Source: a virus. Taken from it: a stretch of 64,000 nucleotides of DNA. The notes beneath the pieces are model-generated. The model saw nothing but the letters and a program-made list of their open reading frames with translations, had not been told where the DNA came from and ran no database searches. The position numbers and the translations under genes are program-made. Shown in pieces: positions 29,834-39,347 of this stretch. How positions within the stretch are numbered: position 1 is the first letter of the stretch; each line of letters begins with the position of its first letter. The stretch lies in IMG/VR virus record IMGVR_UViG_3300027747_002198, positions 97,800 to 161,799 of that record, one strand, 5' to 3'.

Positions 29834-30676
29834 ATGATTCTCATTGACTTAAACCAGGTATTACTTGCCGGATTAATGGCACAAATTGCCAATCAAAAAG
29901 GTAAACTAGATGAACATTTAATCCGTCATATGGTATTAAATATCATTCGTAACCATGTTAAGAATTTTAAAACAGAATATGGTGAAGTGGTATTGTGTTG
30001 TGATAACCGTAAATACTGGCGTAAAGAATATTTTCCTTTTTATAAAGCCAACCGTAAAAAGAATCGTGATAAGTCCGATTTGGATTGGCACATGATTTTT
30101 GATATGCTTGCCAAATTCAAACAAGAACTAAAAGAAAACTTCCCTTATAAAGTATTGGATGTTGAAGGGGCTGAAGCCGATGACATTATTGGTACTTTAG
30201 TTCCTCGTCACGCACCACACGAAAAGATTTTGATTTTGTCGAGCGATGGTGACTTCCTACAGTTGCAACAGAATTATAATGTTAAACAGTATAATCCATC
30301 ACAAAAGAAATATATTGTATCTCCTAATCCAATTATGGATCTAAAAGAAAAGATTATTAAGGGTGATAAAGGTGATGGTATTCCCAATGTGCTTTCGCCA
30401 TCAGACTGTTTTGTTCGTGACCTACGTCAAAAACCTATTACACAAAAAGTTTTGGATAAATTAATGGTGGAAAGTTATTTGGAACAAGATGAGACCACTA
30501 AGGCTAATTTTGTTCGCAATGCTACATTGATTGACCTTTCTTTTATTCCGGCCGAGATTAAAGAAAAAATCATAAATACATATGAAGAAGTTAAACCTGC
30601 ATCAAAAAATAAATTGTTAAATTATTTTATTGAACATAAACTTAAAAACCTAATGGATGTAATTGAGGAATTCTAA
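29834..30676 (+). CDS. rnh: T4-type RNase H (5'-3' flap exonuclease)
   Basis: MILIDLNQ, WRKEYFPFYKANR, EADDIIG, SSDGDFLQL, KGDKGDGIPN. Confidence 0.95.
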   Translation: MILIDLNQVLLAGLMAQIANQKGKLDEHLIRHMVLNIIRNHVKNFKTEYGEVVLCCDNRKYWRKEYFPFYKANRKKNRDKSDLDWHMIFDMLAKFKQELKENFPYKVLDVEGAEADDIIGTLVPRHAPHEKILILSSDGDFLQLQQNYNVKQYNPSQKKYIVSPNPIMDLKEKIIKGDKGDGIPNVLSPSDCFVRDLRQKPITQKVLDKLMVESYLEQDETTKANFVRNATLIDLSFIPAEIKEKIINTYEEVKPASKNKLLNYFIEHKLKNLMDVIEEF

Positions 30677-31098
30677 TGAAAAATATCTATGAAGTATTTG
30701 ATGAGTTTGAACAAGCATCAAATAAAAAAGAAAGAATGGATGTTATACAAAGAAATTTATCAAAGCCTTTAGTTCAAGTATTAGAATATACATTTCATCC
30801 AGGTTATCAATGGAAAGTCCAAGGAATTCCCGAGGACTACACATTAAAACCAATTCCACAAGGAATGTCTTATTGTCAGTTAGGAACAGAGTTGCGTAAG
30901 ATTTATATGTTTCAGGAAGGAAATCCTACAGCCGAAGTTTTAACCAAAAGAAAACAAGAAGAATTATTAATTCAATTACTCGAATCAATCGAGCCTCGTG
31001 AAGCTGAAGTTGTTATGGGAATTTTTCGAAAAAACCAAGGTGTAATTGGTCTAGATTATAAATTTGTAAAAGAGGCTTTTCCTGATCTTTTACCCTAA
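30676..31098 (+). CDS. conserved T4-like phage protein downstream of rnh
   Basis: KQEELLIQLLESIEPREAEV..VKEAFPDL motif. Confidence 0.7.
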   Translation: MKNIYEVFDEFEQASNKKERMDVIQRNLSKPLVQVLEYTFHPGYQWKVQGIPEDYTLKPIPQGMSYCQLGTELRKIYMFQEGNPTAEVLTKRKQEELLIQLLESIEPREAEVVMGIFRKNQGVIGLDYKFVKEAFPDLLP

Positions 31099-31481
31099 TG
31101 AATAAAAAAGAAAAAATAATAGTAGTAACCGGAGAGTTTGATCCTTTAGATAAAAGAGAATTAGATTTTCTAAAAAAATGTAAGCGTAAAGGCGATTGGT
31201 TAGCTGTTGGAGTTCACTCTGATTGGTGGATGATGTATTCTCTCGGCGGGTTTATGCAAAACTATGAAACTCGTAGAGAAATACTATCAAATGTAAAAAT
31301 GGTTGATGAAATATTTACATTTGACGATTCTGATGGTACTATATGTCAATTGCTTAAAATTGTAAAAATTTGTTATCCAGATGCTGATATTACCTATGTG
31401 TCAGAAATGGATATGCATAATATGCCAGAAACTAAAATTCGAGGCATAACTTTTGAAACTCTGAAAATAGGAGAAAAATAG
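31098..31481 (+). CDS. TagD-like cytidylyltransferase-fold protein with degenerate HIGH motif
   Basis: IVVTGEFDPL..GDWLAVGVHSD..RREILSNVKMVDEI. Confidence 0.7.
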   Translation: MNKKEKIIVVTGEFDPLDKRELDFLKKCKRKGDWLAVGVHSDWWMMYSLGGFMQNYETRREILSNVKMVDEIFTFDDSDGTICQLLKIVKICYPDADITYVSEMDMHNMPETKIRGITFETLKIGEK

Positions 31482-31676
31482 GTGAGTAAGTTTGTAGGTA
31501 AGTTTCGTAAAAATAGAAATTACAATGATGATTATAATTTTGATGTGAGGCGACACCGTGATGAACACGGAGAAGTTAAGAAGTTAATAAATCAATCATT
31601 GGAAGAAGATTTTGCTGATGAACTCGATTATGAAGAAGATGTTGTTTTCCAGCAACAAGGCTTGACAAAGTATTAA
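31482..31676 (+). CDS. hypothetical protein
   Basis: AGGAG RBS; GTG start. Confidence 0.6.
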   Translation: MSKFVGKFRKNRNYNDDYNFDVRRHRDEHGEVKKLINQSLEEDFADELDYEEDVVFQQQGLTKY

Positions 31677-31690
31677 AATTATCATATAAT
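31640..31690 (+). promoter_or_regulatory. palindrome TGTTG-N8-CAACA plus consensus sigma70 promoter
   Basis: Palindrome 31640-31657; TTGACA-N17-TATAAT at 31662-31690. Confidence 0.8.
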
Positions 31691-31717
31691 GTAGTTTCCA
31701 TCTTAGGAGATTATATT

Positions 31718-32062
31718 ATGTTGATATACGGTTATATTCCAAAGTCTAAAAAACGTAAAGTTCCAAAATCCGTAATAGTTCAAGCGGAAGAGTGGAAAAA
31801 ACAAATTATGGCAATATCGCCAAAAGTGAACTATTCCACTTCCAAGAAGATTTCTAAAGCTATACCTTTGCCAAGAATTCCAGCAGGCCGAGAAACTCCC
31901 CAATATCTTTCCTTAGATACAGGATCAGGTGCAGCAACAAAATCAAATCCCAACATTTATACAGGCACAAAAGTCAAAGGTATTGCGACCATGCATAAAT
32001 CCAATGCTGTTCCTGTGTTTACTGATAACGAAGCAGTAGAAATCTCAAGTATGAGAAGGTAA
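31718..32062 (+). CDS. conserved phage protein
   Basis: AGGAG RBS; YTGTKVKGIATMHKSNAVPVF motif. Confidence 0.75.
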   Translation: MLIYGYIPKSKKRKVPKSVIVQAEEWKKQIMAISPKVNYSTSKKISKAIPLPRIPAGRETPQYLSLDTGSGAATKSNPNIYTGTKVKGIATMHKSNAVPVFTDNEAVEISSMRR

Positions 32063-32065
32063 TAT

Positions 32066-32221
32066 ATGATAACTGAACAAGAATGGCAAGAATATGAAGA
32101 ATATTGGCAGACTTTAAGCGCTGAAGAAAAAATAATTGAGCTGGATTGGTTGGAAACAATTGGAAAAGCGAAGAAAAATGGTTCAACCATCTCAAGTATT
32201 CAACCAGACACATTACAATAG
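32066..32221 (+). CDS. small hypothetical protein (not in ORF track)
   Basis: MITEQEWQEYEEYW..., 51 aa, fills the gap. Confidence 0.55.
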   Translation: MITEQEWQEYEEYWQTLSAEEKIIELDWLETIGKAKKNGSTISSIQPDTLQ

Positions 32222-32229
32222 AGGAAATT

Positions 32230-32415
32230 ATGTTACACCGAACAGAAGAATCGCAAATTTTGCGTGGAATTGATGAAATTTTCTTCAATTTGCGTCATGT
32301 ACCAGTCGATGATGTTGCTTATCATCTTGTAAAGTTCGATCCAAAGCTTGCTGACAAGTTGGCAGCCGCAATCGAGCAGAATTTTTTTGAAAAGGACGCA
32401 AAAAATGTCAAATGA
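32230..32415 (+). CDS. hypothetical protein
   Basis: GAGGA RBS before ATG 32230. Confidence 0.65.
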   Translation: MLHRTEESQILRGIDEIFFNLRHVPVDDVAYHLVKFDPKLADKLAAAIEQNFFEKDAKNVK

Positions 32416-32566
32416 TATGAATTTTTTAGCTGCTCGAGCAGACGATGAAGAAATTCCTGCGTGGAAACGCTTAGATATTGTCTGCCGAAAGTGGGCTGTT
32501 CTGTCACAATTCGAAGATGACCTTGCAAAATATCAAAAAATACAAGAAATGTATAGTTTAAAATGA
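32405..32566 (+). CDS. hypothetical protein
   Basis: AAGGA RBS; MSNDMNF start. Confidence 0.55.
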   Translation: MSNDMNFLAARADDEEIPAWKRLDIVCRKWAVLSQFEDDLAKYQKIQEMYSLK

Positions 32567-33234
32567 AAAAAATGTTTAAATCCCGTCAGCCAATTAAAAA
32601 TTGCTTACTTTTAGAGTTCAACACGCAAAAAGATTTGGCGTTAGCATTTTGCCGAGTAGAAGAATACTACGAAGGACAAGAAAAACTGAATAGAAACTAC
32701 ATCTCATTTGTAGATTTTATCGATTTCTTCATGAAAGACGATGGTACAATTAAATATTTTAATTATTGGTCGGGCTTTAATATTCCGGGTGATGTTTTTA
32801 TGGAATGGCACCAAAAAAATATGTCGGACATAACAAAATGGGAATTTGCATTGGCTTATGAAGTTCAAAGAAAATTGGATTTGTCAAAACCATTTTATGT
32901 TATTGGTGGTAAAAAAGGTGATATGAATGTAATTGACCATGAAATTGCTCATGCGTTATATTATATGAATGCTGAATATAAAGATTTAATGGATGCCGCA
33001 AATTATCAATTCTACAAAAATGTAAGAATAGAATATTCTAAGATGGTCAAGAAATTGAAGAAGATGGGTTACGGTGATAATGTCATTAAAGATGAGGTTC
33101 AAGCTTATATGTCCACATCTACCAAAAAAGAGTTGGTAGACGATTTTGGCTTGGATTTCGATAAGATAAAGGGATTCAGAACCCTCTACAAGAAAGTGTT
33201 GTCCCGGTACAACACATCCAAGAAAAACGCTTGA
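32563..33234 (+). CDS. hypothetical protein with HExxH motif
   Basis: FCRVEEYYE, WSGFNIPG, DHEIAHALY, DEVQAY. Confidence 0.7.
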   Translation: MKKMFKSRQPIKNCLLLEFNTQKDLALAFCRVEEYYEGQEKLNRNYISFVDFIDFFMKDDGTIKYFNYWSGFNIPGDVFMEWHQKNMSDITKWEFALAYEVQRKLDLSKPFYVIGGKKGDMNVIDHEIAHALYYMNAEYKDLMDAANYQFYKNVRIEYSKMVKKLKKMGYGDNVIKDEVQAYMSTSTKKELVDDFGLDFDKIKGFRTLYKKVLSRYNTSKKNA

Positions 33235-33258
33235 CGGTACTCTGGATTCCTGTATAAT
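33197..33258 (+). promoter_or_regulatory. palindrome plus sigma70-type promoter
   Basis: TGTTG-N8-CAACA at 33197-33214; TTGACG-N16-TATAAT. Confidence 0.75.
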
Positions 33259-33285
33259 TGTATGTATTGTTAATCAGGAGAGTAT

Positions 33286-35415
33286 ATGCAAATTTTGGAA
33301 TCCAAATCACTATTAGCCAAACTAATGGCTACCGAAAATCTTATCGTTGAACAGCGTAAGGTTCAAACGGCTTCTTTTGACGTAAAGAACCGTGTATTAG
33401 TTATTCCACAATTAGACAAAAACATTTCTGGTTATCTGTACGATATGTTTGTTGGCCACGAAGTTGGCCACGCACTCTATACTCCTCTCGATGGCATGAC
33501 CAAAGCATACGAAATGAAAGTTCCACAATCAATTACAAATTGTGTTGAAGATTCTCGTATCGAAAGAAAAATCAAAAACAAATATCCTGGCATCCGTTCT
33601 TCTTTCGTTAAAGGTTACAAAGAGTTAATCGATAAAGATTTCTTTGGTACTCAAGGTGTCGATTTGAACACCCTTGGTTTTCTTGACCGCCTCAATATGT
33701 TTACCAAAGGCGGACCATCACAAGGTATTAAATTCACCAACACAGAACGTGAATTGGTTGAACTCGTAGAATCTACCGAAACTTATGATGAAGTTATTGA
33801 AGTTTCTAAAAAAATTGCCGAGTATGTCAAAGCTGAAAAAGAAGCCAAACGTAAGCAAATGGCTGAAGAAGGCGTTGAAGAAGATGAAGAATTTGAAGAA
33901 TACGATTTCGATGATGATTCTGATGAAGGCGAATTTGGCTACAACGACTTTGATGGTGAAGATGGCGAAGAATCTGAAACAGACGAATCACAAGAAGGCG
34001 AAGGTTCTGATGACGAAGAAGATGATGGATCTGAAACTGATGAAAAATCTGGTTCAGGTGGCAAAAGTACCGGCGACAAAGGTTCAAAAAGTGATGAGAT
34101 CCGTTCTTTGACTGATGATGCTTACAAACAAAACGAAAGCAAATTATTTGAACAAAGTGGCGATGCATACTATTATGGTAATATTCCAAAAATTGATTTA
34201 GATAGAGCTATTTTTGATTACAAATCACTATATAAAACATATCGTGAAGAAATGGGTAATCGTGATTTTCATTTAGATGATAAGCCTTACCAAAAACTCC
34301 GTACTGATGCAAACAAAGTAGTTTCTTATTTGGCTAAAGAATTTGAGTTGCGTAAGAACGCAGACCAAATGAAACGTGCTTCAACAGCTAAAACTGGTGA
34401 ATTGAACATGAATAAGATTTTCTCTTATAAGTTCAATGATGATATCTTCAAAAAGATTACAGTTTTACCTGGTGGTAAATCACACGGCCTTGTAATGTTT
34501 TTAGATTGGTCTGGCTCTATGTCCAACCACATTGAAAACACCGTCAAGCAATTAATTTCTTTGGTGATGTTTTGTAAGAAGGTAAATATTCCTTACGAAG
34601 TGTATGCTTTCTCATCTGAGTATGATACATATAGTCCTACACCTAAGAAAGGCGACATTGTATTAGGTGAATTTAGATTATTAAATGTTCTCTCTAGTAG
34701 AATGTCTGCTGTTGAGTTTAATTTTGCAGCAAAAACTTTGGTGAATATTTCTTGTTCTCGTTATTGTTATTCCCGTATTTTTGCTATGGGCGGAACACCA
34801 TTGAATGAAGCAGTTATTGCAGCAATGCAAATTGTACCAGAATTTCAGAAGAAATTTAAATTACAAGTTGTAAATACTATCTTCTTGACTGATGGTGAAG
34901 GTCATCGTATTAACAAAGTATACCATGAGAATCAATATGGCTTACATGGTTATGTCGGTGATCCTTTACAGACTTCTAGAAGTTATAATGCGCCGCATCC
35001 AAAATTGATTGCTCGTGATCCTGAAACAAAAAATCAGGTCGTGGTCGACCAATATAAAAATACGGCTGGTTATCTTGAGTTGTTGAAGGCAAGAACAAAT
35101 TGTAACATTGTTGGCTTTTATGTTTTATCTGGCCGTGAATTTACCAGAGCTGCATATGGTCTAGTACCTAAGGCTGCTGATCTAGATGCCTTGAGAATTC
35201 AATTCCGTAAGGATAAATCTCTTGTCATCACTTCAGCAGGTTTCGATGAATATTACTTACTCCGTTCTGAAGCACTAGATACGGATGATGATGTAGAATT
35301 CTCTGTAAAAGAGAATGCAACCACCCGTGGTTTAGTAAGTGCGTTTAGTAAGTATACTAAAAACCGTTTAATGAACCGTGTTATTTTAAATCGTTTTATA
35401 GGAATGATAGCATGA
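33286..35415 (+). CDS. CobT-like protein: HExxH peptidase-like domain, acidic linker and vWA domain
   Basis: GHEVGHALYT, NCVEDSRIE, D/E-rich linker, LDWSGSM MIDAS, GGTPL, LTDGE. Confidence 0.85.
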   Translation: MQILESKSLLAKLMATENLIVEQRKVQTASFDVKNRVLVIPQLDKNISGYLYDMFVGHEVGHALYTPLDGMTKAYEMKVPQSITNCVEDSRIERKIKNKYPGIRSSFVKGYKELIDKDFFGTQGVDLNTLGFLDRLNMFTKGGPSQGIKFTNTERELVELVESTETYDEVIEVSKKIAEYVKAEKEAKRKQMAEEGVEEDEEFEEYDFDDDSDEGEFGYNDFDGEDGEESETDESQEGEGSDDEEDDGSETDEKSGSGGKSTGDKGSKSDEIRSLTDDAYKQNESKLFEQSGDAYYYGNIPKIDLDRAIFDYKSLYKTYREEMGNRDFHLDDKPYQKLRTDANKVVSYLAKEFELRKNADQMKRASTAKTGELNMNKIFSYKFNDDIFKKITVLPGGKSHGLVMFLDWSGSMSNHIENTVKQLISLVMFCKKVNIPYEVYAFSSEYDTYSPTPKKGDIVLGEFRLLNVLSSRMSAVEFNFAAKTLVNISCSRYCYSRIFAMGGTPLNEAVIAAMQIVPEFQKKFKLQVVNTIFLTDGEGHRINKVYHENQYGLHGYVGDPLQTSRSYNAPHPKLIARDPETKNQVVVDQYKNTAGYLELLKARTNCNIVGFYVLSGREFTRAAYGLVPKAADLDALRIQFRKDKSLVITSAGFDEYYLLRSEALDTDDDVEFSVKENATTRGLVSAFSKYTKNRLMNRVILNRFIGMIA

Positions 35416-35657
35416 TTAAGGAAGAAATTGTAACTTTTGTGGGTGATGCAGGACAACGACAAGCTGAATTGTCCTGCTTAACTAGTGCCATGAGTACGCC
35501 ACTTTGGATTGTAGACTTTAAAAAGAATAACGAATGTTTCATGACTAGGTTTTACCATACTGAATCTGAAGCACAATCTATTGCTGAAAAATATGCCTAC
35601 GAAGGAGTTGTAGGTGAACCAAGTAACAAAATGTTATTGAACGAAAATGGCCAATGA
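35412..35657 (+). CDS. hypothetical protein
   Basis: ATGA overlap with the upstream gene. Confidence 0.6.
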   Translation: MIKEEIVTFVGDAGQRQAELSCLTSAMSTPLWIVDFKKNNECFMTRFYHTESEAQSIAEKYAYEGVVGEPSNKMLLNENGQ

Positions 35658-35922
35658 TATTGTATTACCCGAACCTTTTGATCCAAGAAAAATTTATAAT
35701 GAATTAATTAAAAGGTGCAAGCGAGTTAGAGAGTGGTTTATATTTTGTATTGTTGATGAAAGTTGGATTCCAAAGGAAGATTTACCATTTGAAATTGTGA
35801 TCATGAACGGAATATATTGTTGCCGTGTGATTACACCAACTCGTAATGAAGCAATTAAAATTATAACTAATACTCTACCTGTGATTAGATTTATTGATGA
35901 AGGTTTAAATGATGATGAATGA
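35647..35922 (+). CDS. hypothetical protein
   Basis: Packed ORF. Confidence 0.6.
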   Translation: MANDIVLPEPFDPRKIYNELIKRCKRVREWFIFCIVDESWIPKEDLPFEIVIMNGIYCCRVITPTRNEAIKIITNTLPVIRFIDEGLNDDE

Positions 35923-36193
35923 AAAAACAAAAGAAACACTATTAATATTACAAGAAGAATGTGCTGAAGTAATTCAGGCAGCCTCCAAGGTATTTCGCTT
36001 TGGTGAAGAATCCAGATGGCCATCCGAAGATAGTGCTTCAACACATGAATGTCTGGCTATGGAAGTTGGCCAAGTATTGGCCATGATTGATATTCTGATT
36101 GAAAGTGGTTATATTTCGGATGAAGCCGTCAATGGTGCCAGAATATACAAGAAAGAAAAACTAAAGATTTGGTCCAGTATCTATGCCGATTGA
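35909..36193 (+). CDS. MazG-like nucleotide pyrophosphohydrolase-fold protein
   Basis: LQEECAEVIQAASKVFRFG...LAMEVGQV. Confidence 0.7.
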   Translation: MMMNEKTKETLLILQEECAEVIQAASKVFRFGEESRWPSEDSASTHECLAMEVGQVLAMIDILIESGYISDEAVNGARIYKKEKLKIWSSIYAD

Positions 36194-36362
36194 AGAACTA
36201 CTATTACGTTTAAAAACGATTTGGATTTGGTCGCCAAAGCATTCTACTGTTAGAACTAAGGTTGCTGAACTAATACAAAATCTTGGCGGTATTGTACCTC
36301 AAGAATATTCTGAACCTCAAGGTCAAGCACCAATAGTAGTACCAGACCAAGAGAGTAATTAG
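36183..36362 (+). CDS. small hypothetical protein (not in ORF track)
   Basis: MPIEELLLRLK..., 59 aa. Confidence 0.5.
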   Translation: MPIEELLLRLKTIWIWSPKHSTVRTKVAELIQNLGGIVPQEYSEPQGQAPIVVPDQESN

Positions 36363-36402
36363 AACACCAAATTCACAAGAAGTAGATATATACCAATATC
36401 CA

Positions 36403-36549
36403 TTACATACCTCTCATAGAATAGAAATCACGAACTAAACGCTCCACTTCTGTGTGAGTTTGTGGATTCTTAGAACGTACATAGTATTCTAACTGTGAGG
36501 TTGTTTTGAGGAAAGATAAGGCATTGAGAATGGATTTAAAGAATTTCAT
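36403..36549 (-). CDS. 48-aa protein, DUF3563-like (not in ORF track)
   Basis: MKFFKSILNALSFLKTTSQLEYYVRSKNPQTHTEVERLVRDFYSMRGM; AAAAGGAC RBS; TATAAATA on the - strand at 36614-36607. Confidence 0.7.
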   Translation of the reverse strand: MKFFKSILNALSFLKTTSQLEYYVRSKNPQTHTEVERLVRDFYSMRGM

Positions 36550-36625
36550 TTTTGTCCTTTTGAGATTTAATTTAAACACCAATTGTGTTAGTGTTAACGA
36601 TATTAGTATTTATACTTATAGAAGA

Positions 36626-36856
36626 ATGAGAAATCTATTTTTACCAAAAAAATTTAAAGGTATACTAGGCGATGCTTTGGTATGTCTATCCCTTTTGGTA
36701 CTCTTTGCATCTGTAATCTCAATGGGGCTTGACGCAGAGTTCAGTCGTGTGATAAAATATGATTGTGAAATAGCAGAGATATCACCTGATTTTACTCCAG
36801 CGATGAAACAAGAATGTCGTAAACTTAGATATGAAAAACAAAGGTACAAAACATGA
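36626..36856 (+). CDS. small membrane protein
   Basis: TM segment then YDCEIAEISPDF..KQECRK. Confidence 0.6.
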   Translation: MRNLFLPKKFKGILGDALVCLSLLVLFASVISMGLDAEFSRVIKYDCEIAEISPDFTPAMKQECRKLRYEKQRYKT

Positions 36857-37083
36857 CATCATTTACCACCGAAGATAGACTTAACGCAGAAAAACTAAAA
36901 GAAACGCCACCAGATTGGGACGCAACCTCCGCACCTTGGCCGTTTACCGAAGCAGATATAGTAGAAGGCGAAACAGATGATCCTAACCTCTCATCTCCAG
37001 CAGTTTTTCAAGCGCTTCCGGACACTCTCGATCCAATACCATACGAAGAAAAATACAAAGAGTATCTAAAAAGTTCCTCATAA
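36853..37083 (+). CDS. hypothetical protein
   Basis: MTSFTTEDRL start; ATGA overlap. Confidence 0.6.
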   Translation: MTSFTTEDRLNAEKLKETPPDWDATSAPWPFTEADIVEGETDDPNLSSPAVFQALPDTLDPIPYEEKYKEYLKSSS

Positions 37084-37101
37084 CCCGCAAGGTTCTATAT
37101 T

Positions 37102-37389
37102 ATGTTCCAACTTGAAATTCAATACTTCTTCCCTCTTACTGAGCAGATTCCGTTAGGCCTCGATTATACCGGATGTGAGAAACCGAAATTAACGGTAGTA
37201 TCAGAAGGTACGGGAATATATTTGGCTACTCCCACTTGGTCTACGACCATTGCTCCCACTCTCTCAGTCAAACCACAAAACTCAGTTGGCCAACTCAACA
37301 TTGGTGGAATCGAGATTGGCATGGAGAAAGAACCGAAGTGGTATCAGAAGGTACTATACAAACTATTAGGATTTAATTGGAAAAAATAA
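37102..37389 (+). CDS. hypothetical protein
   Basis: Packed ORF. Confidence 0.6.
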   Translation: MFQLEIQYFFPLTEQIPLGLDYTGCEKPKLTVVSEGTGIYLATPTWSTTIAPTLSVKPQNSVGQLNIGGIEIGMEKEPKWYQKVLYKLLGFNWKK

Positions 37390-37586
37390 TGAACTCCTTT
37401 CACATTTTTGATATATCAATATATCAGATGAACCTCTTTTCTTTTATGATGGGAGCTCTATGGGCTTTCTTTAACCAGAGTTATTTTGGTAAAAGAATGG
37501 CAGGACCACTATTTTTATATTTTGGTGGTCTAGCTGTTTATTATTGGGCTCAGTATCAACACCTCTATAATGCGATAAACAAATGA
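37389..37586 (+). CDS. small membrane protein
   Basis: TAATG coupling; two hydrophobic segments. Confidence 0.55.
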   Translation: MNSFHIFDISIYQMNLFSFMMGALWAFFNQSYFGKRMAGPLFLYFGGLAVYYWAQYQHLYNAINK

Positions 37587-37816
37587 AAAAATGGATGGAG
37601 AAAGAGTATTCTCAATGGGTGTACTATGATGATGAGGATGGAAAAATCATTGGATCCGTATATAAAGTTGGTAATACTCAGACTATTTGGGGCGCCAAAG
37701 TATACTTCAATGTAGAAGGTGTATTAGGCCAATATATCGATTCAGACTATGCTAAGAGGGCTGTAGAATATTTCTGGATGGTAGAAGAAAGAAGTGTACT
37801 GGAGAATAAACTGTGA
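37583..37816 (+). CDS. hypothetical protein
   Basis: ATGA overlap; LGQYIDSDYAKRAVE. Confidence 0.6.
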   Translation: MKKWMEKEYSQWVYYDDEDGKIIGSVYKVGNTQTIWGAKVYFNVEGVLGQYIDSDYAKRAVEYFWMVEERSVLENKL

Positions 37817-38376
37817 GTTATGTATATTTTGTATTGGATGAAAAATCTAATGCGGTGAAAATTGGTAAAGCCAATATTATTGAAGAACGTCTGAGTTCAT
37901 TACAGGTGGGCAATCCTAATCCCTTAAAGGTTATTCACTATATTAAGTGTAAATCAGAAGATCATAGCCTCTTAATAGAAAGAAAGTATCACCAGGAATT
38001 TTCAAATCTTTACCTAACTGGTGAATGGTTCAGATACAATGAAGCTGCTTTTAGTGATTTCTTTACTGAGAATACTGGTTTTAAACTGAATGAAAAGAGA
38101 AGTCCACTAATAGTTAATACTGTATTTGGTGAAGAAGAATTATTTGGACCTAAGAATAGTCCTAGTTGTTATTTCTATCCATACTTAACGGCACAGATAA
38201 TGACCAACTTTGAGGACGCTTCTAGAATGAAGATACCGTTTAGGACCATGAAATACCCTACACACGGAAAACCATTATTGATGCCTTATTCGGCTAAAAA
38301 GGATAGGGTCTTTATTTCTTATAAGAAGCATCAAGAGAACCTTGAATTTAAGAAATTTCTGAAGATGGCCTCCTGA
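37813..38376 (+). CDS. T5orf172/MUG113-type GIY-YIG domain protein
   Basis: YVYFV..VKIGKA..ERLSSLQVGNP..E..H..GEWF. Confidence 0.8.
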   Translation: MSYVYFVLDEKSNAVKIGKANIIEERLSSLQVGNPNPLKVIHYIKCKSEDHSLLIERKYHQEFSNLYLTGEWFRYNEAAFSDFFTENTGFKLNEKRSPLIVNTVFGEEELFGPKNSPSCYFYPYLTAQIMTNFEDASRMKIPFRTMKYPTHGKPLLMPYSAKKDRVFISYKKHQENLEFKKFLKMAS

Positions 38377-38497
38377 AAAAATTCCTGGAACTCGTGGTAC
38401 CTCCAGGAAAAAATTTCGAATCCTCTCGTTCCGGCCCAAAAAATAAAAATTTGAAATAATCAGTTTGGGCCAGGAAACACTTTTTTTATCCTAGGAG

Positions 38498-38731
38498 CGT
38501 TGCTCCCATACAACACTCTTAGGCGCCCGCACCAATAAACTCTGAGCGCCTCTGCCAATTCTCTGAGCCATTCGTTGCTCCAATACAACACTATTACCAC
38601 TATCGGCAAAGCATCCGCCATCCTATCTGCCAATCCGCAAAATAACGCTTTACATATTCCACCAAGCGTGTATAATGGTTTTATCAAGTGAAAACAGCAG
38701 TCCGCCTGAAAAGCGTTGTTTCCACACAACA
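38498..38731 (+). promoter_or_regulatory. promoter flanked by three CGTTG-N8-CAACA palindromes
   Basis: Palindromes at 38498, 38573 and 38714; TTTACA-N16-TATAAT at 38649-38676. Confidence 0.75.
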
Positions 38732-38746
38732 TATTATAGGATTATT

Positions 38747-39076
38747 ATGGATTTATCTGGATTATCGATTATTGAATTAAAGCAGATGCTTGCTAGAGTT
38801 AATCACGACCTTAAAATGAATAAACCCACTATTAAGCGTATTAAGCAAGAGAAAGCACCGGTATTATCTGAAGGCGCTGAATGTAATATTATCGCTCAGA
38901 GATTTACTGGTAATAAAGCATTACCTATCGAGCATAATAAAAAGTTAATTCAGGATATCGCTATCCAAACTGATATTCTCGATTATCTCAAAAATGGCGG
39001 CCATATTATCACCAGAAAATCTCGTAAAAAGATTAAACCATTATCAGTAGTATCCTATCATAAAGTATCACTATAA
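38747..39076 (+). CDS. early hypothetical protein
   Basis: AGGA RBS before ATG 38747. Confidence 0.65.
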   Translation: MDLSGLSIIELKQMLARVNHDLKMNKPTIKRIKQEKAPVLSEGAECNIIAQRFTGNKALPIEHNKKLIQDIAIQTDILDYLKNGGHIITRKSRKKIKPLSVVSYHKVSL

Positions 39077-39122
39077 GCAATACCATTTATTTACATTTAC
39101 CATTTTAATTAAGGAATATATT

Positions 39123-39341
39123 ATGACTACATTTATCGACACCGTTTCTACATTATCTATTAAGGATAAGCGTGCTTTAGTAAAATCTCTCCGTGAAATG
39201 ATTAAGGAAGAGGCATTATTAGCTAAAGGCCATAAGCTGAATATTAAGGCTCAAAAAGAAGCTGAGAAAAAGCAGAAAATACAAGCGCAGATTAAAGCTG
39301 CTGCTGATAAACTCGCTAAATTACAAGCTAAATTAGCTTAA
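39123..39341 (+). CDS. early coiled-coil hypothetical protein
   Basis: AAGGA RBS; K/A-rich. Confidence 0.7.
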   Translation: MTTFIDTVSTLSIKDKRALVKSLREMIKEEALLAKGHKLNIKAQKEAEKKQKIQAQIKAAADKLAKLQAKLA

Positions 39342-39347
39342 TAGTAA

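Noticed and set aside
33860-34100. GAA/GAT low-complexity tract
   Set aside because: Encodes the acidic linker of the CobT-like protein.
38460-38746. ORF 38460..38732(-) and the 5' extension of 38675(+)
   Set aside because: They overlap the promoter and palindromes. The RBS supports a start at 38747.
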